Shown: positions 12,794-25,629 of the stretch, one piece after another
Layout of the letters: the number at the start of each line of letters is the position of its first letter
Numbering within the stretch: the stretch's first letter is position 1
Source of the DNA: Pristiophorus japonicus
Lineage: Eukaryota
Assembly (NCBI RefSeq): GCF_044704955.1
Contig: NC_091979.1
Location: 281,480,001-281,544,000, forward strand
Direction: 5' to 3'
DNA: 64,000 nt
Translations under genes and position numbers: made by a program
The notes under the pieces: model-generated
What the model was told of the DNA's origin: nothing
The model's input: only the letters and a program-made list of their open reading frames with translations
The model's database searches: none

Positions 12794-13931
12794 ATATGTT
12801 TTCCTCGCAGGGAACTGATAATGCGTCTCTTCATTCCTGTCCAATGTTATTATCTTCTAATGTGGAATTTTTTAGTTCTCCTGCTTTCATGGTTTTGACA
12901 TTGCTATACGGAAACACATTTTTATTTATACATAAGAGGCTATTGAGGGACATGGTGCACTGGGAATTGTATTGTTTTGTAATGTATGCCATTGGGTTTG
13001 GTTCATGTACAATTGTAACATTTTGCCAATTATCCCCATGACTCTTTTATTTCATTACATACAGGGCTGATAATGTCCTGAAAGTATTCTACAACTCTCA
13101 CTACTGGGTAAGCTCTGTGTTGTACTTTTTGGTGGGCTTTGTGTTCATCAAGATGAGGATGTTCGTGTTGTGTAATGGAACTTTTCCTCTCGCTCTTGCA
13201 GGTGAAGTATAGCATTGGCCATATCCAGAATAAAGGTTCCTCTGTTCTGCCTAACAATATAACAACTCCAATCAATTCCTCTATTACAGTTAATTTTTGT
13301 TGTTTTTTATAAGCAAGGTTTTTAAAAGAAATACTTCAGGATAAGATCCTGCAATCAACATACTGTATCTGTAATTGTTTTTAAACAAAAATATATTTAA
13401 CTTTCTTTCAAAGTTTTAATCTCAACACAAATGGTTGCTGTTTTTACAATAGAGACTGCCATTATTTATCATTTTCAAGGCCTGCCACAGAAATGTGATA
13501 TATCATTTGCTTTCTACATCTCTTAGAACTCTAGTCTGGATTTTAACCTGAAGCAAGAATTGAGTGGATAAAGGTTGAGGCGAGCTCCAAACCCCCCTGA
13601 CCTCAGCTACTTGAGGCCCAGGAGATTTTGACTCTGGGTATTATCTGCTGCCTCCACTCAGTTTCCCGCTCAAAACTGGCAGGAAGCGGCAGCTGAGAGC
13701 TGAAGTTGGCAGCTCCAGGCCAGGGAATGCCGAAACTTTCCTTGTGGGGCCCGGAGGTGTACTTCTGCTCTATAGTGAGAATGCACTAGTTACAAAATCC
13801 TACTTGTCATCAGCTTTCTCATATATCCCCTTTCTTTGAGATCAGGGAACCGGTAGTATTATCGATGAGGCTGAATGAAAGGGAGAAGAAAAGGGAAACT
13901 TCTGATGCCTGAGACGAGGGCTTACAAACAA

Positions 13932-15876
13932 TGGCCTAGATTATACGGTCAGCGGCGAAAGGACAGTGCTCACGTTGACCTCGAAGAAAGCTACCGACAA
14001 ACATTTAGCGCGCTCTGTGGCGTCAATTTCCTTATCACCCAGTCCGTTTCATTCTGGCGCCATCTCTAGGGGATTGCTGGCATCCAGGAACAGTGAAGTC
14101 TTCAAGCAGGCTGAGCAGCCAGTCCAATTGAAGAAATCGCATAGGCAGCAAACCAGGAAGTAAAAAGCAGGTGTTATCATTCACCTTTTGATCATTTTAC
14201 AGAAAGCGAAATAAAGTCTGGGACTTACACATGGGATTAAGGTAGAAGCTGAAATATCATAAACAAACAAAACATTTTTATTATTTTAAAAATCTATATA
14301 ATTTCTATCATGGAATGAAGAGATTGACACTGCCCATTTTTAAATTAGTTTTTCGGGGCCAGAGAGGTTGTTCAGTACTAATTATGACTTAGTACGCAGT
14401 TAAAAACTCACTTACACCTCATTCAACAAGGCTTAGCTTGTTCAATGCTTTTTACAGTGAGAATAGTTGAAGTGCACGTCAAATCACTGTTTCTATGCTG
14501 ATTGCATCTGCAAAGACTGCATAGAAACATAGAAACATAGAAAATAGGTGCAGGAGCAGGCCATTCAGCCCTTCTAGCCTGCACCGCCATTCAATGAGTT
14601 CATGGCTGAACATGAAACTTCAGTATCCCCTTCCTGCTTTCTCGCCATAACCCTTGATCCCCCGAGTAGTAAGGACTTCATCTAACTCCCTTTTGAATAT
14701 ATTTAGTGAATTGGCCTCAACTACTTTCTGTGGTAGAGAATTCCACAGGTTCACCACTCTCTGGGTGAAGAAGTTTCTCCTCATCTCGGTCCTAAATGGC
14801 TTACCCCTTATCCTCAGACTGTGACCCCTGGTTCTGGACTTCCCCAACATTGGGAACATTCTTCCTGCATCTAACCTGTCTAAACCCGTCAGAATTTTAA
14901 ACGTTTCCATGAGGTCCCCTCTCATTCTTCTGAACTCCAGTGAATACAAGCCCAGTTGATCCAGTCTTTCTTGATAGGTCAGTCCCACCATCCCGGGAAT
15001 CAGTCTGGTGAATCTTCGCTGCACTCCCTCAATAGCAAGAATGTCCTTCCTCAAGTTAGGAGACCAAAACTGTACACAATACTCCAGGTGTGGCCTCACC
15101 AAGGCCCTGTACAACTGTAGCAACACCTCCCTGCCCCTGTATTCAAATCCCCTTGCTATGAAGGCCAACATGCCATTTGCTTTCTTAACCGCCTGCTGTA
15201 CCTGCATGCTAACCTTCAATGACTGATGTACCATGACACCCAGGTCTCGTTGCACCTTCTCTTTTCCTAATCTGTCACCATTCAGATAATAGTCTGTCTC
15301 TCTGTTTTTAACCACCAAAGTGGATAACCTCACATTTATCCACATTATACTTCATCTTGCATTTGCCCACTCACCTAACCTATCCAAGTCACTCTGCAGC
15401 CTAATAGCATCCTCCTCGCAGCTCACACTGCCACCCAACTTAGTGTCATCCGCAAATTTGGAGATACTGCATTTAATCCCCTTGTCTAAATCATTAATGT
15501 ACAATGTAAACAGCTGGGGCCCCAGCACAGAACCTTGCGGCACCCCACTAGTCACTGCCTGCCATTCTGAAAAGTACCCGTTTACCCCTACTCTTTGCTT
15601 CCTGTCTGACAACCAGTTCTCAATCCACGTCAGCACACTACCCCCAATCCCATGTGCTTTAACTTTGCACATTAATCTCTTGTGTGGGACCTTGTCGAAA
15701 GCCTTCTGAAAGTCCAAATATACCACATCAACTGTGGAGGAGCAGGGTATCACTGACAGCAACTTCCAACTTTCTGCGTTTAACTGCGCATGTGCCAGAA
15801 GTTGTTAATTTTATAGTAATGACATCTATTGTAGCTGACAATTTCGCTGTCATCACAACTGCAAATTTCAGACAAT
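13932..15876 (+). mobile_element. Non-autonomous TIR element family A, copy 2 (CR1 nested)
   Basis: Homologous to 11173-12793 on both sides of the CR1 (e.g. tgtgg.ggagcaggg.at.actgac.gcaacttc). Confidence 0.72.
14520..15732 (-). mobile_element. CR1 LINE, 5'-truncated, relatively young
   Basis: [39 protein letters not shown]; (tttctatg)n tail at 14520-14545. Confidence 0.95.
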
Positions 15877-16170
15877 AGATGAGAGAAAAGATTCTCCAAG
15901 TCAAGAGCCGAGAATTTCCTGGATCGATGTAAAGCTTTGGATATTTCTCAATTTACATCAGTTTGTACTTCGATCTTGCTGACCCATACGTACACCAAAA
16001 TTTCCTGCAAAAATCATTAGCTTAAGATGGGACATAAAAATCAGTGTAAATGAGGAGATCAGCATAAACAGTCAGTGCCGGAAAAAAACGCAGAACCTAC
16101 AGCATATTTTTTCTTTAAGTCCCTCTTTAAGAAAATTAAATTTTGAAGCTATCGAACTATAGTTTATGCT

Positions 16171-16368
16171 GAAACAGAAAAATCTGGAAATACTCAGCTG
16201 GTCTGGCAGCATCTATGGAGAGAGAAACCGAGTCAACGTTTCGGGTCGTCCGTACTGGTGAAGGGTCGTCGACCTGAAACATTAACTCTGTTTCTCTCTC
16301 CACAGATGCTACCTGACCTGCTGAGTTTTTCCTGCATTTCAGATTGCCAAAATCTGCAGTATTTTGCT
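16171..16368. repeat. Palindromic repeat, probably derived from a Penelope-like element, with a degenerate minimal hammerhead motif
   Basis: Arms ggaaatactcagctggtctggcagcatctatggagagagaaaccgagtcaacgtttc and gaaacattaactctgtttctctctccacagatgctacctgacctgctgagtttttcc are reverse complements. Centre is ctggtga-agggtc-gtc-gacct-gaaac. Confidence 0.7.
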
Positions 16369-17454
16369 CTTTTAATTTGCGCACGCCAGGCACAGCATAT
16401 TCAAGAAACTACAACCATGGAAGCTTTAAAATTTTAATGTAACATTTTCTAGTGGCATGAAGCATTAAAAAAAATAGAAAATACAATGCCGGTCTCCGTT
16501 ATATATATAAATCGCTATGAAAAAGCATAAATCAGGAGTTTGGTCCCTGCTGCACCTACATTTTTTGGCTCAAAGCTACACTCAAAGAAAACGAGTGTGA
16601 ATGCAGGAAATTGACGTAAGTTGTTTTGCATGGGGGTGACGCAATGTTAATGAGCGGCAGAGGGTTTGGGCGGAGATTTGGTGAAATTAGCGCAAAAGAT
16701 CAGTGAAACCAATTTTCTTGATCTTTTATACTGAAATTTGGCATTGCACTGTCGTTTCGGCACACATTTCCATGAAAATCTGAGCTATGGTGTGTGTAAC
16801 AGTTGGACCAGAAACAAGGGAGTGAGAGCAGGGAGATCACCCATCAGCTCCTTGATATCCTGGGTATCGAGAAACTCATTGCGATGATAATGGAGGTAGG
16901 GTCGCAGATTGTCAGTGCACATCGTGAAACCTGCGAAGCCATCACTGCCCACACGAGGCTGGTAGCCTCTACCAGTCACACTGGAGTCTCCAGTGTGACA
17001 CCCAGACCCACACCACCTGTGACTCGTGATGCCGATCAAGAGGCTCGCCAGTCAGAAGCTGGGCCTTCCATGCCATGTTCTGATCCAGTGCATCCCCAGA
17101 TGGTGTCTCCAATGTCTCTATCCTCAATTCAGCAAGACGCTGGCGGCCTTGCTGCATGAACTCTTGGCGCCACTTTGGGTAGGGGCATCAGGCTTGGGAG
17201 GGCGATAAGGGTAAGGGGGCGCGGAAGAGGTGGTGTTAAAAGACAGTGGGGCAGGGGTTGTTTTGTTAAAGTTTTCAAAGTTTCCCAATTCTGTTCAGAA
17301 AGTTATAAAAGTTCACAAAGTTTACAATGTTTAATACATTCTTTTGTTCAACTTACCAATTCCTGTGTTGTGTCACATTTGCACAATAAGAGAGGGAATA
17401 ATCAACATGGTGGGATAGAGTGGCTAGGCAATGGTCAAACGTGTCGTTCACTCT

Positions 17455-19660
17455 TCAAGCAAAGCATTCATTTATGAGCTGCCGACGAAAGGCTTTTGTA
17501 TCGGCGACAGCTCCATGAGGCCTCCCCTGTGGTGGTGGTGATGACATGGGTTCCTCGCCAGGCTCCTTTTCCTCCTCCTCCTCCTCCTCCCCCCCCTCCC
17601 CCCCTCCCCCTCTCCTGAGGTGGTCCTGCAATCCCCATTGGCAAATCCTGTCCCCTCATGATGGCTGTATTGTGTAGCAAGCAGCACACCACAATGAACT
17701 CAGAGCTGCTGAGGGAAGTATTGCAGGCAGCCTTCAGAGTGGACCAGGCATTGGAAGTGCTGTTTGAGCACTCCAATTCTATGTTTGATAATGTTGCGTG
17801 TGGCTGCATGGCTCTCATTATAGTGCTGCTTGGCTTCTGTCTGAGCGTTTCGGAGGGGGGTCATGAGCCAAGTGGTGAGGCCATAACCTTTGTACCCCAG
17901 CATCCAGCTCTGGCCTTGTGGTTGAAGCTGGAACATGCCTGAGACAGTATCATGGATGTTCCCTGGATATTGGGCATTGATTGCCATGATGTGCTGAATA
18001 TGGTCGCAGATGATTTGTACGTTCATGGAGTGGAATCCCTTTTGGTTTCGGTAAACCTCTGGATTGTGTAAACGTACTCGCAGGGCGATGTGCGTACAGT
18101 CAATGTCACCCTGAACCTTGGGGAAGCCAACAAATCATCCAAAACCTGCAGCCCTCTCATTCTGGGTCTTCTTGGTCATTGGGAAGTTTATGAAATCCAT
18201 CCTGCATGCGTACAGTGCAGTAATCATCTGGCGAATGCAGCAATGTGTAGCGTGCTGCGAGATGGAGCGTATGTCCCCCGCTGACGCCTGAAAGGAGCCG
18301 GAGGCATAGAAGGCAAGTGCCGCAGTCACCTTCATCTCAACGGGCACAGCAATTCTGTCGCTGGTAGGCTGTAGGTCTGCCTTTATGAGTTGGCATATCT
18401 CTGTCATTACATTACCCCCAATACCATGTGCAAAATTAAAGCACATGGCATCGGGGGTAATGTACTGATGTGGATGGAGAACTGGTTGGCAGACAGGAAG
18501 CAGAGAGTCAGGATAAACGGGTCCTTTTCAGAATGGCAGGCAGTGACTAGTAGGGTGCCGCAGGGCTCAGTGCTGGGACCCTAGTTATTTACAATATACA
18601 TTAGTGGGTGTACTATCTCCAAGTTTGCAGATGACACTAAACTAGGTGGCGGTGTGAGCTGTGAGGAGGATGATAAAAGGCTGCAGAGGGACTTGGACAG
18701 GCTAGGTGAATGGGCAAATGCATGGCAGATGCAGTATAATGTGGATAAATGTGAGGTTATCCACTTTGGTGGCAAAAACACAAAGGCAGAGTATTATCTG
18801 AATGGCGGCAGATTAGGAAAAGGGGAAGTGCAACGAGACCTGGGTGTCATGGTACATCAGTCATTGAAAGTTGGCATGCAGGTACAGCAAGCGGTGAAGA
18901 AGGCAAATGGCATGTTGGCTTTCATAGCTAGGGGATTTGAGTATAGGAGCAGGGAGGTCTTACTGCAGTTGTACAGGGCCTTGGTGAGGCCTCACCTGGA
19001 ATATTGTGTTCAGTTTTGGTCTCCTAATCTGAGGAAGGACGCTCTTGCTATTGAGGGAGTGCAGCGAAGGTTCACCAGACTGATTCCTGCGATGGCTGGA
19101 CTGACAGATGAGGAGAGACTGGATCAACTGAGCCTGTATTCACTGGAGTTTAGAAGGATGAGAGGGGATCTCATAGAAACATATAAAATTCTGATGGGAC
19201 TGGACAGGTTAGATGCAGGAAGAATGTTCCCGATGTTGGGGAAGTCCAGAACCAGGGGACACAGTCTAAGGATAAGGGGTAGGCCATTTAGGACTGAGGA
19301 GAAACTTCTTCACTCAGAGTTGTTAACCTTTGGAATTCCCTACCGCAGAGAGTTGTTGATGCCAGTTCATTGGATATATTCAAGAGGGAGTTAGATATGG
19401 CCCTTATGGCTAAAGGGGTATGGAGAGAAAGCAGGAAAGGGGTACTGAGCTAAATGATCAGCCATGATCTTATTGAATGGTGGTGCAGGCTCGAAGGGCC
19501 AAATGGCCAACTCCTGCACCTATTTTCTATGTTTCTATTTCAGCACTTCTTTTTGGAAGCGCAGCCTTCTAACGCACTGTGCCTCAGAGAGCTGCAGGTA
19601 TGAGCGATGTTCCCTGTAAACTCGTGGGGGATAAGGCCTCCTCCCCATACGTCTGAGACC
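17455..19660 (-). pseudogene. Harbinger transposase split by a CR1 insertion
   Basis: PRVYREHRSYLQLSEAQCVRRLRFQKEVL (19540-19630) joins TEICQLIKADLQP...KVTAALAFYASGSFQ...GDIDCTH...YPGNIHD...WLMTP...CCLLHN. Confidence 0.88.
18407..19539 (+). mobile_element. CR1 LINE, 5'-truncated, with inverted duplication at the 5' junction
   Basis: ORFs 18390-18584 and 18654-19394, near-identical in protein to the 14520-15732 copy; tail tttctatgtttctat; possible tca duplication (18404-18406 and 19540-19542). Confidence 0.95.
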
Positions 19661-20534
19661 TCTTCAATTACGTTGAAAATGCTCATCAATAAGCCGCCTT
19701 CCAGGTTGACGGGTATAAATATAGCAGCCAGCATTAATGGCTGACATAGTATGGCCCCCATTTTAAAAAATGTCCTTAAATCTCCCATAAAACGAACTAT
19801 AAACTCAGATAAAGCTTCACTATGAAAAACGCAGCCGCCTTCTCCCAATCCGTTTATGCACTCAACTTCTTCTCCGTTTAAAAGATGGCGCTGTTCGCCC
19901 CAGGTACGCTCTGGATCCGACCTGGGTGTGACTGCTTTTTGCTGGTACGTTCCCGGGCGGATGCTAAATTGGGCGATATGCTCGCGGAGGCGGGGGGGCA
20001 TTGCCTGGATTGAAGGGGGGTGGGGGGTGGAGAGCAGGTGCGTTAATTGGTTCAATAGCCAGCAACTAAAAAAAAGTCTCAAGCCAATGCAGCAGCAAAT
20101 CCACAAGCTCTCAGATAGCACTATCTGTGAAATGTGCATTCTTTACTATGCTTTTCTGCCATTTGGAGTTCCAAAACTCCACTCCTCACAGCTGCTTCAG
20201 CAGTTATTGCTTCAATCTCATCATTCATGATGTTGCAAGCACTTAAGATGTGCCAACAGCCAGCCTGCAGATTGGTTATTATTTTGCTACATCAGTAGTG
20301 GCAAGACAAGCACTTTCAGCAACTGGTGGAGAAGACGGGCCAGAACAGAGCTCCAACTGGCAGCCGCTAATGTTTACAGCCATCAGCATTGAAGGTGGCC
20401 ATGCCACCTAAAGTGAAGAGCTGAGCCCAAGGAGAGGAAGGAGGAAAACTGGTACCCCAACATGTATAAAATATACATTTGTTTTAATCTCACCTTGGTG
20501 TAATCAACAATTTCAAAACATTGCAACTGGGAAA

Positions 20535-20843
20535 TGGGTCAAGTACTAGGTCGAGATTCAAAATCATTGGCAAAATATCTATATGGGAGCGGAGGAGATT
20601 TTTTTTTTTTACTCAATGAGTTGTTGGAATCTAGAACGCTGTACCTGAAAAGGTGTTGAAAGCTGATTCCAGAAATAATTTTAAAGGGAAGTGGGACTGG
20701 AACTTGAAGGTAAGGAACTTACAGGGTTACGGGCAAAAAGCGAGAATGTGAGACTTAGCCTGACTGCTCTTTCAAAGCACCAACACAGACATTATGGGCT
20801 GAATGGCCTCCTTCTGTGCTGTAAATTTCTGTGATTCTATGAT
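20535..20843 (+). mobile_element. Degenerate CR1 3' end
   Basis: Ends atgggctgaatggcctccttctgtgctgtaaatttctgtgattctatga. Confidence 0.8.
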
Positions 20844-21129
20844 AGCAATACTTTTTTTCTTTTAAATACAGTTTATTGAACAATGGCAACCTTTCAAAAT
20901 GTAAACACCAAAGAGCATTTAAGCATATCTTATGATGACCTTTTGAAATGTTTGCAAAAGCAGTAGGGAAAATTTCCATCAACATAATTGTTTCTACTGT
21001 GGTATGGGGTAAAAACACAAAGGCCAATGTTTTGATGTCATTTTACATATTAGCATATTTGTTACAATAGGAGCAAAAGTGCTATACAAATGATAGAGAA
21101 ATTTGTACTTGAATATACTCAAAATATAA

Positions 21130-22846
21130 GCCTGGACTTTACTGTAATAATAACGGTTAGGCTACCAGCACTCGCCGTTATCACAGGGTAAATCTGACAG
21201 CAACTTCTGGCGTCCGCACATGCGCAGTTAAACACAGAAATCCAGAATTTGCTGTCAGGGATACCCTGCTCCCCCACAGGGTGCGCTGTTGTAGATCTTG
21301 CCTATAAATTGGCACCGAAATCACTGTAATGGCGGGAACTTGGGGTACTTGCCCATTAGTTCCGCACTAAGAATGGCTGAAAAAGTTAGTGCTGGTACAT
21401 TTAGGAGTAAGTGAGTTTTTAACAGCATAATAAGTGATAATTACTGCTGAACAACCTCTCTGGCCCTGAAAAAATAATTTTGCAAGTGTGGAATCTCATT
21501 CCCTCATAAGAATGAATGTTGCAGATTATTTTTTTAATTAAATTTTTTTTTACATTTTCTGTTTGTCTCTTTTATCTCTCTCCCTTAACCCCATCTGTAT
21601 TTCCCAATCTTTATTTCACTTCCTGTACATGATTTAAATGTAATTTAGATTTCCTGTTTTTCACTTCCTGGATTAGACTCTGTGTGGCTCAGTGAGGATA
21701 CTTCAATCTGATTGGTTGAAGAGTCTCACTGTTGCTTGTCCTATTCACAAATGCTACAGATCCCCTGTAGAGGGCGCACTGAAACAGATACCAGATTAAT
21801 AGAAATTTCTGCTGACAAGCCTGTGAAAAGTCTGTGGGCAACTGCATGTGAGATGAATGATGTTAGAAATCAGGGATGTACAAAATGAATATGCTTACGC
21901 GACTAAAACTGTGATGCGAAGAATGCTGTGTTTAAATCGTTGTCAGAATTAGAGCTGAAGTATCTCCTCAGACTGGTATTAGATGCTTAGAAATGTTAAC
22001 GTTTTGGTTCCCTGTTGAGATTTATAGCATTCTGCACTATGACAACCATTATTTGTTGTTTTCAAGTTAAGACTTCAACTTTGTTTGTGTATCTTTAAGA
22101 CAATTTGTTCTAGAAAGACATAGAATGGATGGAAGTTGTAGGTGTTAACGTAAATAATTTGCTACGTCAAAGGGGGTAACACTCTGGAGCAAGCCGTTTT
22201 CTGTCTTGGGCCTCTTGGGATCAAAGGGGGGGATAGGAACAAGAGATAAGACACACATTTCAAAGGAAGAAACCCTGATAAAGTATACACCAAAAAAGAC
22301 GTGGTCAAAATCACGAAACATTTTCAGGAAGGGCTTTGACACAAGAATCGAGACAAAGAACTGGATACGGCATTGGATAGCAAGTTTTTAGGGAAACCTC
22401 TATAGGTCAAAAGGTCTTGTCAATATCCCATGTCAGGCCCTACCCCTAAAAAAAAGAATAAAATTATCCTGCACAAGGTTGTCCACAAAAGCGGTGTGAG
22501 GGGAGAGCAGAACAGAAGTTAAGCTGGTTGAACTCTCTTTGAGCGATACCGTGCTTTACTGAAGGAAACTCTAGACAAAGAGAAAGAGGTTGCAAGCCAG
22601 AGAACTGCCCACATTCGCAGCCTTATGTCCGATCGGATCGGTATCCGCTACTTGTCACTGTCGTATGTTTTTGCTGAATGACTAGTGTGTTATAATTCCA
22701 TCTTAAACTCTCATTAAACACAATATACCCACCAGATTGGTTTACAGTTGATCCTGATTATTAAAGTGACCAGAAATAGCCTTAAACTTGGCTATTTCTA
22801 ACAACAGTGAAAACTGTTCCTTCGCCGCTCACTACAAAATTGGGCC
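21130..22846 (-). mobile_element. Non-autonomous TIR element family A, copy 3 (solo LTR nested)
   Basis: 21200-21290 is the reverse complement of 15733-15800; 22805-22846 is the reverse complement of 13932-13975. Confidence 0.75.
21861..22803. mobile_element. Solo LTR, copy 1
   Basis: TGTTAGAAAT...ATTTCTAACA (TG..CA, 10-bp inverted ends), 943 bp, non-coding; inverted second copy at 39520-42867. Transcriptional orientation not determined. Confidence 0.8.
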
Positions 22847-24138
22847 ATTGACTTCCTACTATGTGATTCCCATTATTAAAGTTTTATGGTATAAACCCCT
22901 TGTACTTGAAAATGATTCATTGCTTGGTCATCATACTAATACAGCATTGTTGACTTGTTAAATGCTATACAAATAATTCACTGAACAATGGTCAGTGATG
23001 AGAATGTCCTTTTAAATATTAAAATATTCTTGAGAATAAATAGCTAAACAAATTTATGACGTAACAGTAGAAATTCACTTGTTGATTAATGACAGCTTTA
23101 TAAATCATCTTTGTCATGACACTATTGATGAATCAGGAGCTCCATCTTCAGAGGTAAATTGACAGTGTCAACCAGCAGAAAGATACTTGGGATGTATGCT
23201 CTGAGCGAGGCAGCATTCTGTTTCCATGGTAACTTTTAACTACCAAACCATCAGTGTTAGATTTTGATATTCAAGAAAATTGCAAGAAACATTTATTACT
23301 TTCTCAAGTGCACAACTCTTTTTTTTTTTCCCTGTGATTGCTTTTTAGAGACTATTTATGAGCGAGGATTTAGGCCCAATTTATAACTATTTTACAATGT
23401 TGCATAGAGGCACTTCTGTGTTAACAGTAGCTTCTCGCAATTGGTTGCACCACAATTTCTCAACTAATACATTTTATTGAGTTTACTTAACTAACTTTGA
23501 AGGGCTAGAACAGTCATACTTCACTCGCTCAGCCTCTCCACATGTTTTTTTCCCTTGGACTGCAGCAACTGCCACACTTTCTTATACTTTTTTGAAAGAG
23601 TGCAAAATGTAAATAGAGAGGAAATAATAAGCAAACAGTGCTATAAAATAGATCACTGATTCAAAATAGGGACAGGTTATCGTGAAATTTAAAGAATACT
23701 TTCTGTGCTTGACCGATATATGGTGGTGGTTGTGAGTAACAGTTGCCTACTGCAGAAGCCCAAAAGTGCTCCGTGTTATTGTGGAAACTTGTGATTGATA
23801 AATATATGTGGAAATTAGACTAATCAAGGTGTCGGAGGCAGGATTCACCATTAATATGTTTTGCAAAAGTGCACTGATTTCCATTTTTGTTACAACTCTG
23901 CAGTTATCTGTAAAATTACAAAATATAAACCATAATTTACAATGTGTACATTAAGTGCTTTAAATCACTTTAGTTTGACTGATAACTGAAGAGCAGTACA
24001 GGTACCAGTACCTCTCTGGGTAGAGTTTCCAATTTGGGAGCAATCAAGAAATTGAGCTCAAAATGTGCTTGAAATTGCACTGGTTAGGTTATGCTTCAAG
24101 TGTGCACTAAAATTAATTTGCATAACCATAAACATAAT

Positions 24139-24750
24139 GGGGCTAAAATTGGAGAACTTACCGCCCACTGCCGCCGACATTCCTCTCGTCGAACTGCCCA
24201 GTGCCACTTTCGATGTGGGCTGGAGCAGGCGGGAGGGGAGAGCTGCTGGGAAGAGTTCGTTGACGTCAGCGGATGGCCGATGCGCGTAAGTACACTCCTG
24301 CCCGCCGCGATGTCATATTCTTGTGGGCGGGAGTCGGTGGCAGGACATTGGTGGACCTCTGAGTGCAGGCAGCTCTGTCCTCTGTTTAAAAAAAGGTTAG
24401 TGAAGTTTATTTCAATTATTTCTTCACAGGTACTTACCTGGATAGGGTCCCCTGAAGGTCGTCAGATTTTATTTTTGTTTTTGATGCTTTTTATTTTTAG
24501 TTCTTCGACCCTCCCTGGGCCAGACTCCATCTTCGACGGCACTTGGACGGCCAGCGCCTCTGCTGCCGAGAATGAGAGCTCCCGCCGGCTGCCGCCCAGA
24601 TTGGCAGCATATGTTGCAGATTTGCTGCCCGCCGACGGACCTGGGTGATGAAAATCCCGCCCAAAGAACTGTCAGGGATTCTCGGCGGTCTTTTGGGCGG
24701 AACTTGGGTGGGCAAAGGCCTTCACCATCGACCAATGCAATTGGACAGCA
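24139..24750. mobile_element. CpG-rich non-autonomous TIR-like element
   Basis: Starts ggggctaaaattgg; abrupt GC/CpG-rich block in AT-rich DNA; right TIR weak. Confidence 0.5.
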
Positions 24751-25629
24751 TAACAGAATGTCATCATTTATTTTTAGTTTCTTTCCATTAAGAAGCACTC
24801 TGTTGTATTTAAGAGTGTCAACCTAGTGCAGTTTTATTCATACAGCTAATGTGGGTTTATCAGCAAAAAAAGCATTCTTAAGAAAGTTTAATTTTTATTA
24901 AAGTACCTATGGTAACTTGATGACTAGCTAAAAGTAATATAGCTACTTTCATGATCAACCTTTCAATACCTGCTTTTTGTGTCTAATAAGATACACATAG
25001 GATAGGAAATGGCCATTTGCTCCATCAAGCTAGTCCTTTTTAAGTTGATCACAACCTTAATTTCATTCTTTTCACTGTATCCATCGCCTCTTTGTACAAA
25101 AGCTCATCTAATTATTCTAGAATTCAGTTTGTGCTATTTGCTTCAATTGGTTTCCTTTGTAATTATGATAATGTATTTTTTCTTGTTTGCTAATAGCAGT
25201 GAAAAACTTGACGTGGATATAAAGTATGCTTTATATATACTCATCGAACCTTTTCCCTTAATATTAATAAACAGAGGGAAATGTCCCCGTTTGTGTTTTT
25301 TTAATCTTTTGTCCGCTATAGTTTTCTGCCAGAATTACCCATTTACTCCTAATTTTAAAATGATAATTGTTCTCTTGTTCTCAAAGCCTTTGTCTGTCAA
25401 CAATTTGTCGCCCTTTTATAATTTTGAAAAGTTTGGTTAGATCATCTTAAAGTCTCTCTTCCAGTGAAGCCAAGCCCAACGTTTTCCGATTTACTATCAA
25501 TTTTAAGTGGCTCAATTCTTTCTTTAAACTTTTGACACCTGTATGTGCAAGACCTCTTTATTGCTACATGACATGTTTTCTGTATTTTGACTTTCATTTG
25601 TTCATTTTTCTCCTCTAATTATGTGTGTC

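Larger units (their letters stand above)
16788..19975. mobile_element. Harbinger copy 3 (different subfamily, left-truncated, CR1 nested)
   Basis: 3' part of the accessory gene on + (16803-17250, ending GRGRGRGG), AT-rich spacer, convergent transposase on -. Ends uncertain. Confidence 0.75.

Noticed and set aside
24091-24826. CpG-rich block with overlapping ORFs as MGMT promoter or first exon
   Set aside because: Terminus and architecture resemble the other non-autonomous TIR elements and the ORFs have no recognisable homology; not fully excluded without CAGE data.
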